From the human T2T-CHM13v2.0 reference genome, Homo sapiens: a stretch of DNA of 64,000 nucleotides. The stretch's first letter is position 1. Every line of letters begins with the position of its first letter. The notes under the pieces were generated by a model. That model saw only the letters and a program-made list of their open reading frames with translations, had not been told where the DNA came from and did no database searches. The stretch lies in assembly GCF_009914755.1 (NCBI RefSeq), contig NC_060941.1. The stretch is one strand, 5' to 3'. Positions 42,100 to 55,679 of the stretch are shown here, one piece after another. The position numbers and the translations under genes are program-made.

Positions 42100-43490
42100 A
42101 GGAAAGAAAGAATTGTTTAATATTATAAAACTTATCAATATGGTACATCTCATTAATTGGACAAATACGAACTACCACAAAACCCATCATTATCCAAATA
42201 AAAGATGACAAGGTATTTTACCAGATTAAGTACCTAATTCTTCTTCAACACAAAAGTGGCAGGATACTATTTAACATGATAAAGAAATACTTTTACAAGC
42301 CAATAATTAGCACTATGCCTAATGCAGGTAAGTATGTCAAGTCAGCAGATTACGTAAGTTCAAAGAGCCAACTGGTAACATTTAACTTTATTTTGGAAGT
42401 CCTAGACAATGAAATACATTTCATTGTAAATTCAAGCCTTGTATATTATAAAGAAGAAAATAAGAATTTTATCATTATTTTAAATAAGTTGGTTGTATTA
42501 GAAATTCCAAAAGGTTCTGTTGAAAATATATTAGAATTAAAGTATTCAGTGACTCAGAAGGATCGTTTATATAAATCTTTATCAAAACCAGAAAGTAGAA
42601 TGGATAAAATCTTTCATTCATAACAGGACATCAAATAAAAAACTCTAAAGTTTCTAGAAATACTCTTAAGGATATGTCTCCTGTGATAATGTTATGTAGA
42701 CAATTATAATTCTGAAACAAAACATATACTTATTATATAATGACACACACCAAGTTTCTGAATAATAAAAATAGTCATATTAAAAGTTGCATAATTGTTG
42801 GTTTTCAAATAATTTATTTAAAATGTGTGAAATAAAAACTTATAATGTTTCAACAGTTAAAATAGAATTGTACTAATATTTAAAGCTAGTCAGTAAGACT
42901 AGAAAGGTTGAACAAATCAACAAAGAACAGATTATACATATGTATGTATACGATGAATGTATATGATACTCATAGATAAAATGCTAATCTATAGTATGAA
43001 ATCCATAAAAACAAAGCCACACCAGCAAAAATCAGAGAGAAAGAAAACAGTTCAATGAAAATTTGGGGGAAACTGGTCTGATTATTTTGGGGAAATACCT
43101 AGTTTGATACCTTTTCCATGCCGTATATCAAAGTAAATTCAAAGAAGATTAAAAGTCAGCCATTAAAAAATATAATGTTTAACACTGGAAAAAAAATTAA
43201 AGCAAAAAGTGATCAAACCTAAGGTAATAAAATGTCTTGCTAAATCAAACACCACGGAAGAAATAAAAACATATTTCATAGATCTAACTCTTGAAATTTG
43301 TCCATATGTAAACAAAATTAATGGTAATATATTAAACTACAGTAAATGTGCAACAAATGTTAGTCATGAATAATATCTTTATCATATACAGAGTTCACAG
43401 AAATCAATGAGAAAATTACCAAGATCCCAATAGGTAAATGAGAAAAGAATAGGACATAATCTATAAAAGGGAATACAAATGTCTCATGAA
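42100..43490 (+). mobile_element. Highly decayed L1M ORF2 region
   Basis: ORF 42276-42623 retains L1 RT-like strings (IKKYFYKP, FNFILEVL, LEIPKGS...LEL); later ccgtatatcaaagtaaattcaaagaagattaaa. Confidence 0.7.
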
Positions 43491-43739
43491 ATTAGCAATA
43501 GCATTTTATTTTCTTTTTAGTTTTAAAAATATTCACTGATAATTTTTAAAAACAATTTCAATTTCTCCCCTTCTCTTTCAGTGTAATGGTAATTTTTATA
43601 TGATTATATTAATGGTATTAGTAAAATACTGACTTTCTATATATGTTAGTGATCTGGAGTTCCTCTTCAAATAACTTGTTTAAGTAAAAACACAAATATG
43701 TTTAAACTATTAATTGAATAACAAATAATACTACTGCCA

Positions 43740-44030
43740 TTAAGTTAACTAACTCACAAGCAGCAAATCAAATACTGCACGTCCTCACTTATAAGTGGGA
43801 GCTAAACCACAGGTACGTACAGACATAAAGGTAGAGATAATATTCTCTGGAGACTCCAAAACTGGGGAGGTTGAGAGGGGAGTGAGGGTTGAAAAATTAT
43901 CTATTGGGTACGATGTTCAATATTGGGGTGATAGGTACACTAGAAACCCAGTCCCCACAGTGATGCATGTAATGCCCGTGGAGCAAACAAGCAAATGTAC
44001 CCTCTGAGTCTAAAAATGAAAAAGGAAAAA
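43740..44030 (+). mobile_element. L1PB-type 3' end
   Basis: tcctcacttataagtgggagctaaac...gagggttgaaaaattatctattgggtac...atgtaccctctgagtctaaaaat. Confidence 0.85.
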
Positions 44031-44259
44031 GAAAAGAAACGGGCATAGAGAAGTTAAAAAGCTTGCCTAAAAATTACTGATGAATAATGAGTACTAAAGT
44101 GGTTGACCCTAGGACAGGATTCTTTCTAATACATCTGTGTTTCCCAAATGTCTTCCTAAATGGTGTTCAAAATTTTGAAATATCTGTGTAGCAACACTAT
44201 TTTAGATGAGAATATCCAGTGTTGGTAAGAATGTAGTTAAATGAAAAGTAATTATTTTC

Positions 44260-44715
44260 TATTCATTCGTTTATCCAAAAATTACCCAGTGTCTACCTTT
44301 TGCCAAGTATTTTTCAGGTAGTTCAAAAGATCGTGTTTAGTATTACCAAGTTTCCATCTTTCTCAAACATATATCCTACTAGATGAAACAAAACAAATTG
44401 AAAGTTAAAAATAAAGAGTATAACTCATATAAAGATAAGTACGATAAAGAAAATCAAGCAAAGGAAGGGGTTAGAGAGTGACCTAGCTGAGGAGTAGGGC
44501 AGTGTCACGTGGGATACTTCAAGGAATGCCCCTCTAAGGAGATGACCTTTGGGCATCTAGTTGAGAGATGTAAGAACCAAGATATGAGGCAGGAATGAAG
44601 GTGAAAGTTGGAGGAATTACGCAGGCCTGCATGCTTGGGGGAGAGTCAATGAGTGAGAATTGCAAGAAAGGAAGTTACAGAGAAAGGCAGGGGCCAGACC
44701 AGGTGGGGCTGGCTC
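44260..44715 (-). mobile_element. L2 LINE fragment
   Basis: attcattcgtttatccaaaaattacccagtgtctacc...tctaaggagatgacctttggg. Confidence 0.55.
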
Positions 44716-45941
44716 AGGTAACCACATCTCATTCTCATGTTGGATGCTGTACAAATGGCAAAACTTTTCTGGAAGGAAAAATTGGCAATGCTTATAAAAA
44801 ACCATAAAAAATCTTATATTTAACTCAGTAATCCCACTTATGGGAATATATTCCAGGAAAATCATTCTCTCTCATGCCCAAAAGTCATCAGTTCAGACAT
44901 TACCAGTCTCTAAAAATTTCTTATCCCACCTCCCTATCTGTATCATACTTCTTCCTCCTGGAGGATGAACTAGTTAAGTTGTTTCAGAAAAAAATATAAA
45001 ATGAAGTCTCTTAGGTAAAAGCTCCTTAGTGTCTGAATTCTGACCCATTTTATCTTCATATACATCCTTGCCTCCTACCTTCCATCCTCTGTGGGAGTGG
45101 TGTCCTCCTGCTATCCTATTTTTAATAATTAAAATATTATTTTACTAATATTCACACCAAACCAGAAACATTAGAACTAAACAAATCAACAGGGAATATG
45201 TTGTACATATGTATGTATAGAATAAATGTATATAATAGTCAAAGATAAAATACTAATGCACTATAAACATGGAATCAAAGAACAAAATCACACCAAATTG
45301 TTCTACTTTGTTCAGTGGACTCTGACCCTTGTCTGTTTCCCGGTCTGGAAACTCACTCAGTTGTTTCTCCTTAATTATGATGTTCCATTTCTCTGTCTCT
45401 ACCAATCCCTTCTCTTTGACAATTCAACTCAAAAACATCAGTCATCATTGAAAAAACAAGGCAAAAACCTCCCCCTTCTCTATCTCTCTCCTGGTCTTCT
45501 TAGGCAACTTTTCTTAATTATCTGCATTATTGACTGTACTTCTTCACTTTGATTTGCTCTCAAAATTTCCACCATCTTGGTCTTGCTCCCAATTGTTGCA
45601 GTGGAAACCTCTCTGGAAAATACAAGCCATGTCCTCACTGTGGCTACATCCTTTTCTATATCCAACTTTTTGCTGTGGTTAGGGCTCAAGTGTGGAGTTG
45701 TTCATAGGGAGTACATCAAGCCACTAAGAAAATATAGAATGGAAGTTCTACATTTTTTATTATCCTGTCTATAATAAGGCCTTAAATTACCTTATTTTCA
45801 CATTCTTGGTGGAGGTATTATAAACTACTTTTGAAATAATATCTGTAATACCTTAGTTTGGATTAATTTCATGTATTAACCCTATAAAAACATAGAAGTC
45901 CAGATAATGGGTCAACACATAAACAATCTGTGATTAGAAAG

Positions 45942-46312
45942 TATATTAGTCTGTTTCACACTGCTATAAAGACACTATCTGAGACTGGGTAATTTATAAA
46001 GGAAAGAGGTCTAACAGACTCACAGTTCCACATGGCTGAGGAGGTCACAGGAAACCTGCAATCATGGACGGTGAAGGAGAAGCAAGTACCTTCTTCACAA
46101 GGCAGCAGGAGAGAGAGACAGAGAGAAAGAGTGAAGGGGAAACTGCCACTTTTAAACCATTAGATCTCGTGAGAACTCCCTCACTATCATGAGAACAGTA
46201 TAGGGGAAACTGCTCCCACGATCCAATCACCTCCCACCAGGTCCCTCCCTTGACTCGTGGGATTCCAGTTCAGGATGAGATTTGGGTGGGGACACAGAAC
46301 CAACCCATGTCA
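45942..46312 (-). mobile_element. THE1D/MSTA-type MaLR solo LTR
   Basis: tatattagtctgtttcacactgctataaag...gatgagatttgggtggggacacag...catgtca; TSD gaaag / gaaac. Confidence 0.92.
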
Positions 46313-47325
46313 GAAACAACCGTTTCTAAATATAACGCAGTGTGAGGAGTTCCTGATTGCATAGCAGGAAGGTTGAAAACACTGAGGCTTAACAAACACT
46401 GGCTATTGCCATGAAGAGAAGGTGGTATGGGTTGAAAGAGAGAAGACAACACATAAAATAATATAGAAGAGAGCTGAATACTTATTTTTTTCCTAACTTA
46501 GTCTAATGATCTACTGATCTGTGCTTGATGTTTTCTTTTGAGAAGACCACTCTTTGTTCTTGTCTAACTGAAGAGTCTATCCCCATGAATCTGCTATTGT
46601 AAATAGGCTGCTTTATGAAATGGGAAACAAAAAAAAAGTGTTCACCCAGGCAAGAGATGCCACCTTCTATTCATTTCTGATGCATCTAGTTTCCTAACAC
46701 TTACAGCTTGCCAAACTGCAGGATAAAGCACATAGAGTAAAATTATACAGACTTGCAAAAAGATTTGAATTCAGGGTATTAATAGCAGAAGGAATGTTCT
46801 TCTGGGAGTAATCTAAGTGTTATATTTACCTTTGGTTTGAGAATATTTGCAGTGAGGAATTTCAAATGCAAATATTTTAAAAGCATAGCATGTTGGTAGA
46901 GAGACACTGTGAGCACTTCTGTTTTCCTTTTAAAAAAGGTTTTTCTTGCCTTTTTATTGGAATCTTAACGAGACCATAATTACGATAGCAAAAGGGGGAA
47001 AATACAGCTGTTAAAAGCTTGGTGTTACTGTATATATAGTCCCTGTACTATATTTAAAAAAAAAATCTGAAACCATTCAAGAGAGAAAAAAAGATGATTT
47101 AGCAAAGTAAATCTTGTACACTTATATTTTTGGTATGCATGGGTTTTTTTCACTGTAAATGTTTTGAAATTTATCAGTCAAGTTTCCTCTTATCTGTTCT
47201 TTTAATTTTAATTGAACCATAATACAAAATACTTAAAGAAGACTTACCTTCATTTTTGTCACTTCCATATACACATCCAACCTCCCTTTCCATGTTAAAT
47301 GTAATAAGAAACTATACATCTCCAA

Positions 47326-47338
47326 AGGTCAAAGGTCC
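47326..47338 (+). promoter_or_regulatory. Candidate DR1 nuclear-receptor element (HNF4/COUP-TF/PPAR-RXR type)
   Basis: AGGTCA-A-AGGTCC, one mismatch from ideal DR1, in non-repeat DNA. Motif evidence only. Confidence 0.3.
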
Positions 47339-50300
47339 AATTATTTTCTAGGGTACACTCCTGTTAGGAAGTTATGGATGTCTGTGCATACAATATGCTA
47401 TGGGGGAAGTATATCTTTTAACACAAGACTTGTGATTACAGAGACCCTCACCTTCTAGTCCGAAGCAGTATTTGTATTTCCACTATATTTGTCCAGAGAA
47501 AGCATTGTCCCTCTTAAATAGATGAACATGCTAAATTTGATTCAATTAATTTTATGCATAATAAAGCTTCCAAAATGGAACCCTAATTCTTCTGGTGATG
47601 TGCAGACCTTAAGAACATAAATGCATTTTTACAGAATAAACAGAATGCTCCAGGTAAATCATAATCCAAAATGTACCCAGAGTGATTCATCACTAACAGT
47701 ACTTGTTAACTAGATAGAAATTTTTAACTGCAAGGTCTGGTAGAGATCAGTTAATTCAAATCTCTTCTATTTTCCTTTCCTTCAAAAGAACAAGACCAGA
47801 GTGTTCCTGAGGCTGAGGATTTTGAGCATGTGTAGCATAATATAGAGTAGAAGGTAACAGTGGGATTGCCATGATCTTCCCATGCTCTTCAAAACATGTG
47901 AAAAATAGGCTGACTTCCCTGATGAAGAGGATCAAGTGATTTCTGTGCTTTCGGATCTTCCACTGTTTGTACAATGTCTCAGTTGTGCATTCCATTGAAT
48001 CATCTAAGAGTTCAATTTATATGGATTAGCTCAACAGTACAAAAGATCCAAGACAGAATCTGCTCCAGGTTGTGAGTGAAGCATATTTCAGTTTAGGCAC
48101 TCACCTGGGCATCTCGGCCTCAGTACCATAAGTTACAAACACTAAACTTCAGGCAATAGTAAAGGATATTTTCATCAACATAACATATGCTTATTTTAAA
48201 TTACAATTTCAATGTCTCTACATGTTAACAGGTGATACATATACGAGTTCCAAATTTGCAAGATTTCAATCTGCTTTTCAATCTCCTATGCACTTTGAAA
48301 AGAAATGATGCACTTGATGGATTGCTTCATTGCTAAAAGTCTGCTTCTGACCATAGCAAGAGTAGCCCCAGATCACCAATCATTGAGAGAAGTGGAACTC
48401 AACATACTGAGTTGTGACAGGGCGAGTCTTCAAATTTCCAGGGGACACTTGGCAGGTGAAAAGGGTTAAACAAAGAAACAGAAAAACATTCTTTAAGAGT
48501 ATTTTTCAGAGTACCAGAAGACTTGGAGGTTAAACCCAGCTGACTTGAATAATGTCAGTCTCTGATAAATACTCATTTATCTATTGGAGATAAAAAAAAA
48601 ATCTGCTCTTTAGCTGCCATGATCCTATGTTGCAGGAAATTTTTAGAGGAACAAATAAAGCCACTTTAGTCTCTTAATATAATGACCATCACTGAAACAT
48701 GTCTCTTCTCATTATTTGCTTAACCTTATTATGATCTCCAACATTGACATCTGATTTTTTTCAAGTTACTTGAGGGCTGAACCCATTAGTGTTTCACTTG
48801 AACCAATTCGGTTCCTCCCTAGAAATACAAGCTGGTAAAAAAAAGAACGAGTCTTCCCAAGACTGAGATGGGGGTTTCATTCACACCAGGTTTGTTCCTG
48901 AGTCATTACTTCCAGCATTTCTGCAAGGGCACCAGACATTTCTCCACATTTGACACATTCCTCTCAAATTGGATCCATCATGAAATGGTAAAGAAAATCA
49001 CTAAAACCTTCCTGCATCTCACTGTGGCCTAAAAGAGGAAAAAGCTATTATTTTGTTTCATAAACTCTGATCTGCATGAGTCTCCATCACACATCAGCAA
49101 AACAGTAACTTCTCAGATTTATATCTTAGAAGGTTAAGTTTCTCAGCCCTGTGAGAGTTGACAACTGTCATTATTTTGAGTTTACAAAGTCTTATAAGAC
49201 ATGGTGCTCTTGGTTTGGTGACAGTGTCAGCTTTTATATATGACAGATGAATACTGCATGACTCCACTAACTCTTGGCAGAAGGCTGTTATCTTGACAAA
49301 AATAATACAGCAAAAGTGCCTTCAAAGTGAGCTAAGGTTGTGTTAGAGAACTGGGATTGAAGGAAAAAGATAAAAGCCACTTTTCATATATTTACCAATT
49401 GTAGACAGCAGTATTTATTTTAGGATGTTTTTATAAGTCAGTTGCTACATTCAGTGGATGTAACATATCCATTTTTATCCCATGTTGGTGCCAATTATTT
49501 TTCAGATTCTTATATACTCAATCTCCCCTCTGCCCAACCCCACAACAGCTAATAACACAGTCTTCCGTTTTTTTCCCACCCCAAGAATCTTATATCTCTC
49601 ACAAAGAACACCAGCTATGAGGCAAAAGGCACTCAAGCCATCTCCTCTCTTAAAGATTTATAAGTGATCCGACCTTCCTGAGATTGAGATAATAATGACT
49701 GACCTGATATCATTGGTGCTGTGAGAAATATGGATATGAGAGGTGGTGTCTGTGGCTGCCCGATAGGGTTACATTGTTGTCAGTGCCTTGTCCTGTTTTT
49801 CACTCTGTCTTGTTTGAATATGGAAAAAAGCAGTTGGGTGCTACATGTGTGTAGTCAGGAGCTAATGAAACACAGGGGTCACATTACCCAATTTTCTGTG
49901 TGTGTGTGGAGGGAATAGGGAGTGGTTAAAATCTTCTGTTTAGCCTCTCCCTCCATTGCAACATTATGTAAACCTAGGAACTGAAGAAATATCCAAACAA
50001 TCTAAAAGAAGTTGTAGCAAAAGTGACCATGTCTTCTGTGGTAGCCCTTCAACCAACTCATTCTTCACCCTTATCAACTTTTTAAAAAAATAGAGTAATT
50101 TTTAAATTGTGGTTTCAAAGTAAGATGTATTTATTCTGGAAAAAATTATTAAAAGCACAAGACATAAAATTAGAATAGCCCCAACATCCAGAAATAACTT
50201 ATTTTACTCATTAGGGGTTTTGTGTTTTCATCATTTGTATGTGTGTATACATTTTAAAAAATAATTTTGATTATACTTGACACATTCATATCGTATAGAT

Positions 50301-50421
50301 ATGTCTTAGGTTATACTTCATCACTTAACAAATATCAATATGATTCTTGCAATCTGATTCTTAATATCATGTATCACTGTACATTCATTTAGTCATTCCT
50401 CAATTTTTTGGACATTAAGTG

Positions 50422-50550
50422 TTTTTTTTTTATATATATACTTTAAGTTCTGGGGTACATGTGCGGAACGTGTAGGTTTGTTACATAGGTATACACGTGC
50501 CATGGTGGTTTCCTGCACCTATCAACCCATCATCTACATTAAGTATTTCT
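50422..50550 (-). mobile_element. Short L1PA7/8-type 3' end
   Basis: ctttaagttctggggtacatgtgcggaacgtgtaggtttgttacataggtatacacgtgccatggtggttt; flanked by acattaagt on both sides. Confidence 0.9.
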
Positions 50551-50673
50551 ACATTAGCATCTCTGCGGCTGTCTCTGTCAGAGCCAAAGCCTTTTACAAC
50601 CCGCTAACCTCTGTATACACTGTTGGTCCATGGCCTAAGGGCATTCATGCCCACAGGAAGAGTAACACAGGTT

Positions 50674-50698
50674 AAAAAAAAAAAAAAAAAAAAAAAAA
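50674..50698 (+). repeat. Poly-A tract (about 25 nt)
   Basis: Directly visible. Confidence 0.95.
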
Positions 50699-51004
50699 GA
50701 CTCGTGGATTATAACTCACCAAGCTTTACCGGAGAATTCTATCATCTTTACATCCTTGAATCCTTTCTGTGTCTCTAGAACCAGATCCACATCCCTCTTT
50801 GTCAGCTCACCTCCCTTCATTTATTATCTTGTCTTCCTGCATTTGCACAAACTTCCCAAACTCTGGCTTATCTTGTTCCCAAGTCCCAGTTCCTCCAAGC
50901 TAACATTATTCTATTGTTGCCCAGGCCCTAGCATGATGCCCTGCTACAATTAGATAGCTCTGCCTTATTTCTAATAACCTTTTGCTCCTCCCCTTTGAGT
51001 AACT

Positions 51005-51369
51005 TTATTTTAATAAGCTCAGACTGCCATAACAAAATAAACTGGGTGACTTAAAAACCAGACGTTTATTTTTTCACAGTTCTGGAGGATGGGAAGTCCA
51101 AAATGAAGGTACTAGCAGGGTCAATGTCTGGTGAGGGCTCTTTCCTTGGGTTGCTGAGAGCTACCTTCTCATTATATTTCACATGTGGGAGAGAGACAGA
51201 GAGTTCTCTTCTTATAAGGACATCAATCCTATAGGATTAGAGCCCCACTCTTATTACTTCATTTAACCTTAATTACCTCCTAAAAGCCCTATCTCCACAT
51301 TTAATCACATGGGAGTTAGAGCATCAACATATAAATTTGGGGGGGGGGATATCAACTCATTCTATAACA
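51005..51369 (-). mobile_element. MLT1A-type MaLR solo LTR
   Basis: ctgccataacaaaata...cacagttctggaggatgggaagtcca...catttaaccttaattacctcc...ctataaca. Confidence 0.88.
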
Positions 51370-53289
51370 CTTCTAAAATACAGTTTTCATCATTAGTACT
51401 TTAAATATTTCAGATTTCTTCCTAGAGAAAATTTTTATATTCCTAAAATGATGGTAACTCCACTCTGATAGGTCAGGGTTGCAGACATAGTACAACTGAG
51501 CTGTACTGATGAGCAATGCTCAATTCCAAAAATATGTAGTCTCATGAACAATCAGATATTCCTTTAGTTGACTGTCTCCCACCTTGTTTCTCTGCCTTAA
51601 AACAGCACACCTCAGACACTGCTCCTTAGTACAAACCTGTCTGGCTCCCAAGTCACAAAACAGCAGCAAATTTTAATTAATCAATGTTTTATGGACATAA
51701 TTAAAATATGCACTTACAAATAAAATGTCACACTTAAAATCAAGTACCAATTTCATAAAGCTGCATTAATATTTATAAAATGATTATTGCAGACAGGCAC
51801 ATTACTGCTCATTAGGGCACACATGCATGCAAGGGTAGCAAATTCTTAATCATCATGAAGTTGAAGGCTATGATCTCTCAGTTCCTTGGCCTTGTCCTAA
51901 AAACTTCCAACCTTCTCAGGCCTTTTTTATGAATAAGCTTCTGGCCTTTTTCTCTACCCTGATTTTCCCTTCCCAAAAGATGCTACCTTACGCAAATTAT
52001 CCGTTGAGATAAAAATGAAGAACTGTGTCCTTGACCTGTGGCCCCTTGGAATACGTGAAGCAAAATGGGCATCCCCAGCCAGGGGAAAACCGAACAACAG
52101 CTTCCATCTCTTCCATGAATTCTGCCGCCCACGAGATGACCATTTCTCTCCTCCAAATCCCACCCATAGTTGTTTCCACCAGACCACCACCATAGTCTAT
52201 TATTAGCCAATATAAAGCCTGTAATATCGCCATGGAATTTTTGTAGGGGTAAAAATCACAAACTTACATAATAGAGGTGGGAATTGATTTACATTGCCAT
52301 GGTGTGAGTGCTAAAGCAATACAATATTTTAGAAATATTTATTAGCCCAAAAGGAAACTTTAAACAGTAAAACTGAACTAACTCTACCAGCTGGCAACAT
52401 AGCAGAGGAGAGTGAGGACAACACATTTGGCCAGGCTTATATTCAACTGAGCTTGGAGACTTCACAATCTCAGCCCCTTTTGGAGGCTCGTGTTCCTTTT
52501 ATATGTAGAATGTTATTTTCTGATGCAGACAGAGCAAGAAAGTGCTCTTTTGGGGCATTTTTGAGTACTTTTGAGCACATTTGGGGCATCTTTGGGGCTT
52601 TCTTTGAGCCCTTTTTGGGAAATGCTCCTGGGGCTCCAATAGTATCTAATAGCTTCTTAAAAAACATTTTAATAAGCTAACTTGAAATTTATCAGAAATG
52701 CACAGACTGACTCTCTGTCAACCCTGACAATTATGTGTTATGAACTCAGAGCAGAGAAACATACAGCCACTCCATAACATGCCCACAATCTTCTATGGGG
52801 GCTCATGTCCCCACCATTAGAATCATCCCATAGAATTAAGATTTTTATCTCTATGGAAACCTTCACCTATACACAGATCTTGTGTGTGTTGAGTGAGGGC
52901 TATAACACATTCTATAATCTCATTCTTACTTCAGCATAAATTAAATTATCAGTGTATATGAATGAGACAGGAAAAGCAGATATGTTGACCAGGAAGAAAA
53001 ATAAGAGAAATTAGAGAGATCAGGCATTTCTTCTATCTGCCTCAGAAAGCAAGATGGTGCTAACAATGGGATGTGCTAGAGGGCTGGAATATTTGAGGAT
53101 GGGGTGGCAAAAACTGGAAAAAGATTTTTAACAGAAAGTCAGAGATGCCAAAGATTACCTTCCTTTTTATTCAGGTAAACTGGTAGGCATCATTTGATTA
53201 ATGGAGAATATTAAATTCATTTTGAGCAAGCAAACATGAAAGACAATCAGTAGTGAATAAAATAGCAATACATTTACGGAAAAGAACAT

Positions 53290-53470
53290 GGAATTTGAGG
53301 TCAGATAGACACAGCTTTAAAGCATGTGTCTTTGTTCTACTAGCTACGTAATTTTGAGAAAGCCACTTAAATTTGAGCATCAGTTTCTTTATATGTAGAG
53401 CAAGAATACTCCTGCTTTTCAGAGGTTGTTAAGAGAATTGTGTCTGGCATATACTAGACATTCAAGACCT
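53290..53470 (+). mobile_element. MIR SINE
   Basis: ggaatttgaggtcagatagac...ctacttagct...catcagtttctttatatgtag...ggttgttaagag. Confidence 0.6.
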
Positions 53471-55679
53471 AGAAGCTATAAGAAATAAGAAGAAATTTTA
53501 TATTGTTAGAATCTTCTGATTGTAAATGAAGCATCCTAAATTTCCATATTCCAGACAAACTATCCTGTAAGGTCGCGTAAGGATGTGGCCTCCACTCACC
53601 CACTCCCAGCCCATTTTTGTGCCAGTCTTGCCATGGTCTTCTGGGTAATCCTGAAACTAGGACTCTCTTTCTCAATCAGCCAACAAGAAGCCTAGTGAGA
53701 GCCAAAGGAGGACAACTGCAGCATCAGTCAATCAGCAAGTGTGGGGGACTCTGGGGACAGAATTTAGAAGATCTCCTTTCTCTTCATTACTTGTCTTCTG
53801 TGTACAATGCTTTATTACCTTCACATAAGCAAAGGGCTTGGTGGAGAGCAGAGAGCAAATAGATAATATAAGAATCTCACCCCCAAATTTGCTGGTTGCT
53901 CCTTATAAACTTCTAAGTTTTATTTATGCATCAACAGTCACCTTGAAATATCATCTGTAAGTGTGCTCAGCTAATATGTTGCCCCTTAGAACTTCAAATT
54001 CAAACGTAGAAACAAAGCCACCAAGAGACCTATACCCCGCAGTACCTGGCTTTCAGAAGGAAATGATTTGGCACGTGTATACCCACTTTCCAAAGACTGG
54101 TAAGCACCTAGAAACTATCCATAGGAATGTGTGCAAGTTCACTGTGGTTTGGCAGATGGTGTTGGTGGGAATGTAGCTAAGGACACAGCCTCACTGACTC
54201 CAGCTAAAAAATAAAAAGTAAAACACATTTAAATTCCCTCACCAGCTCATTTTCTACCTCTGTGATTTTGTGCTCCTGAAAATGGTGATTCCATCAATGA
54301 TGAAACATACAACACTGACATTTTACTCAGCAAAGGAAAACACCATAAATTCCCTGAGACCCCAATCGGAGCCAGACATATAAGTTTGGAGTGTCCTAAT
54401 ATAACCGAAAAGGAAGCCTTGTTGAACATTGCATGTAGATAGGGTGATTTAGGTGAGATTTTTAGTGTTGTGGAGTAACACTAGCAAACACTTTTAGATT
54501 ATCATCTTTACCATCCGCCAGACCCCAAATCTACTATAAGGTAAGAAAAATAACATGTGGACATCCTAAGTAGTTATTAGGAACTATGAAGGAACCAAGG
54601 TACTCATTTACACATATACAATTATGTAAATGGGGTTCATGTAACAAGTGACTTCACTAATATGATGAACAGCATCTCCAGTGGTTCCAAGTCCATTGAA
54701 GAGCTCAAAAACCCCAGTCCCTCTGGGAGTCTCCCCAGAAATCAGTCTGAACTAGTCCGCTCTTCTGAGCTTTCGCCATTCACAGGGCTGCTGTCTCAGA
54801 CCCAGCTTCTATCACTCAATTGGTAACTGATTTTTGTTCTTATTTGAATATGTAGTATGTCTCTAGCTAGCTAGTTGTCTCTGCATATGTGAAATGATTT
54901 AATAGTAAAAGGAAATATTTATTGTAAAACTTTAAGAAGATAAACAAGAGCATAAAATTCACTTATTATTCATAACTCCACTGCCACAAGTTAATTATAT
55001 ATATCCAGCAAAGGATGTTTACAAAATTAAAAATGAACATGTTCTTTACTTTTGTTCTTTTTTTTTCTCACAAATCACACTCTATGGTGACTTCCTCTAC
55101 ATATCAGTACATGCTTATGCCTTTGTTTTGATTATCTAGTTCCTCTGGTTTGAGGCTTATTTTGGCAATTTCTTTGGCTACTGACTTCACCTTTCCCCTT
55201 GTTCAATGTCTTGCCATTTCCTTTTTGACTTCAAGCCTTCAGGTAAAGATTGGGTTCTTCCCACAGCTCACAGACCTCCTGTCAGCCAGGTGAGGTGTTC
55301 TCCTGTTGTGCTGGAACTATTCTGTGCACTGAATGCCTTCCTGTGCAAGTTTTGCAGAGTGTAACCTACAGAGGCATCATGAGTTAGGGGAAGACGATTC
55401 ATAACCTTTTACACCTTTCATTCAGTCTCCCATACTTAAGCATCATCCTTTAAAGGGGATTTTAAAAAGACATAATTACATAAATTTCTCAAGATCTTTT
55501 CTTTGTTTACTTCCTTTGTTTGCTGTTACTATTATTTTATTGTATATCCAAGAAGAAAAGGGAGATGGGTATAGGAAGAACCCCAAGATCTTATTTGGTG
55601 AATATTAGTGCCACAATGACCTGATGTTATGGAGGTATGAAGTGTGCATGTATGTGCATATGTCACAAAGGTGTGGTGT

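Noticed and set aside
42276-42623. ORF with reverse-transcriptase-like strings
   Set aside because: Decayed L1 ORF2 without an intact FADD motif; listed as a repeat, not a CDS.
47756-47995. 79-aa ATG-initiated ORF in unique DNA
   Set aside because: No recognisable family, and this length is expected by chance.
52470-52667. Peptide PKKGSKKA identical to the histone H2B N-terminal tail
   Set aside because: Only 8 residues match, inside a degenerate short repeat; no histone-fold sequence follows, so not called a pseudogene.
54290-54362. C/D-box snoRNA-like arrangement (ATGATGA ... CTGA ... CTGA)
   Set aside because: Terminal stem only about 2 bp, short length, no recognisable rRNA/snRNA guide.
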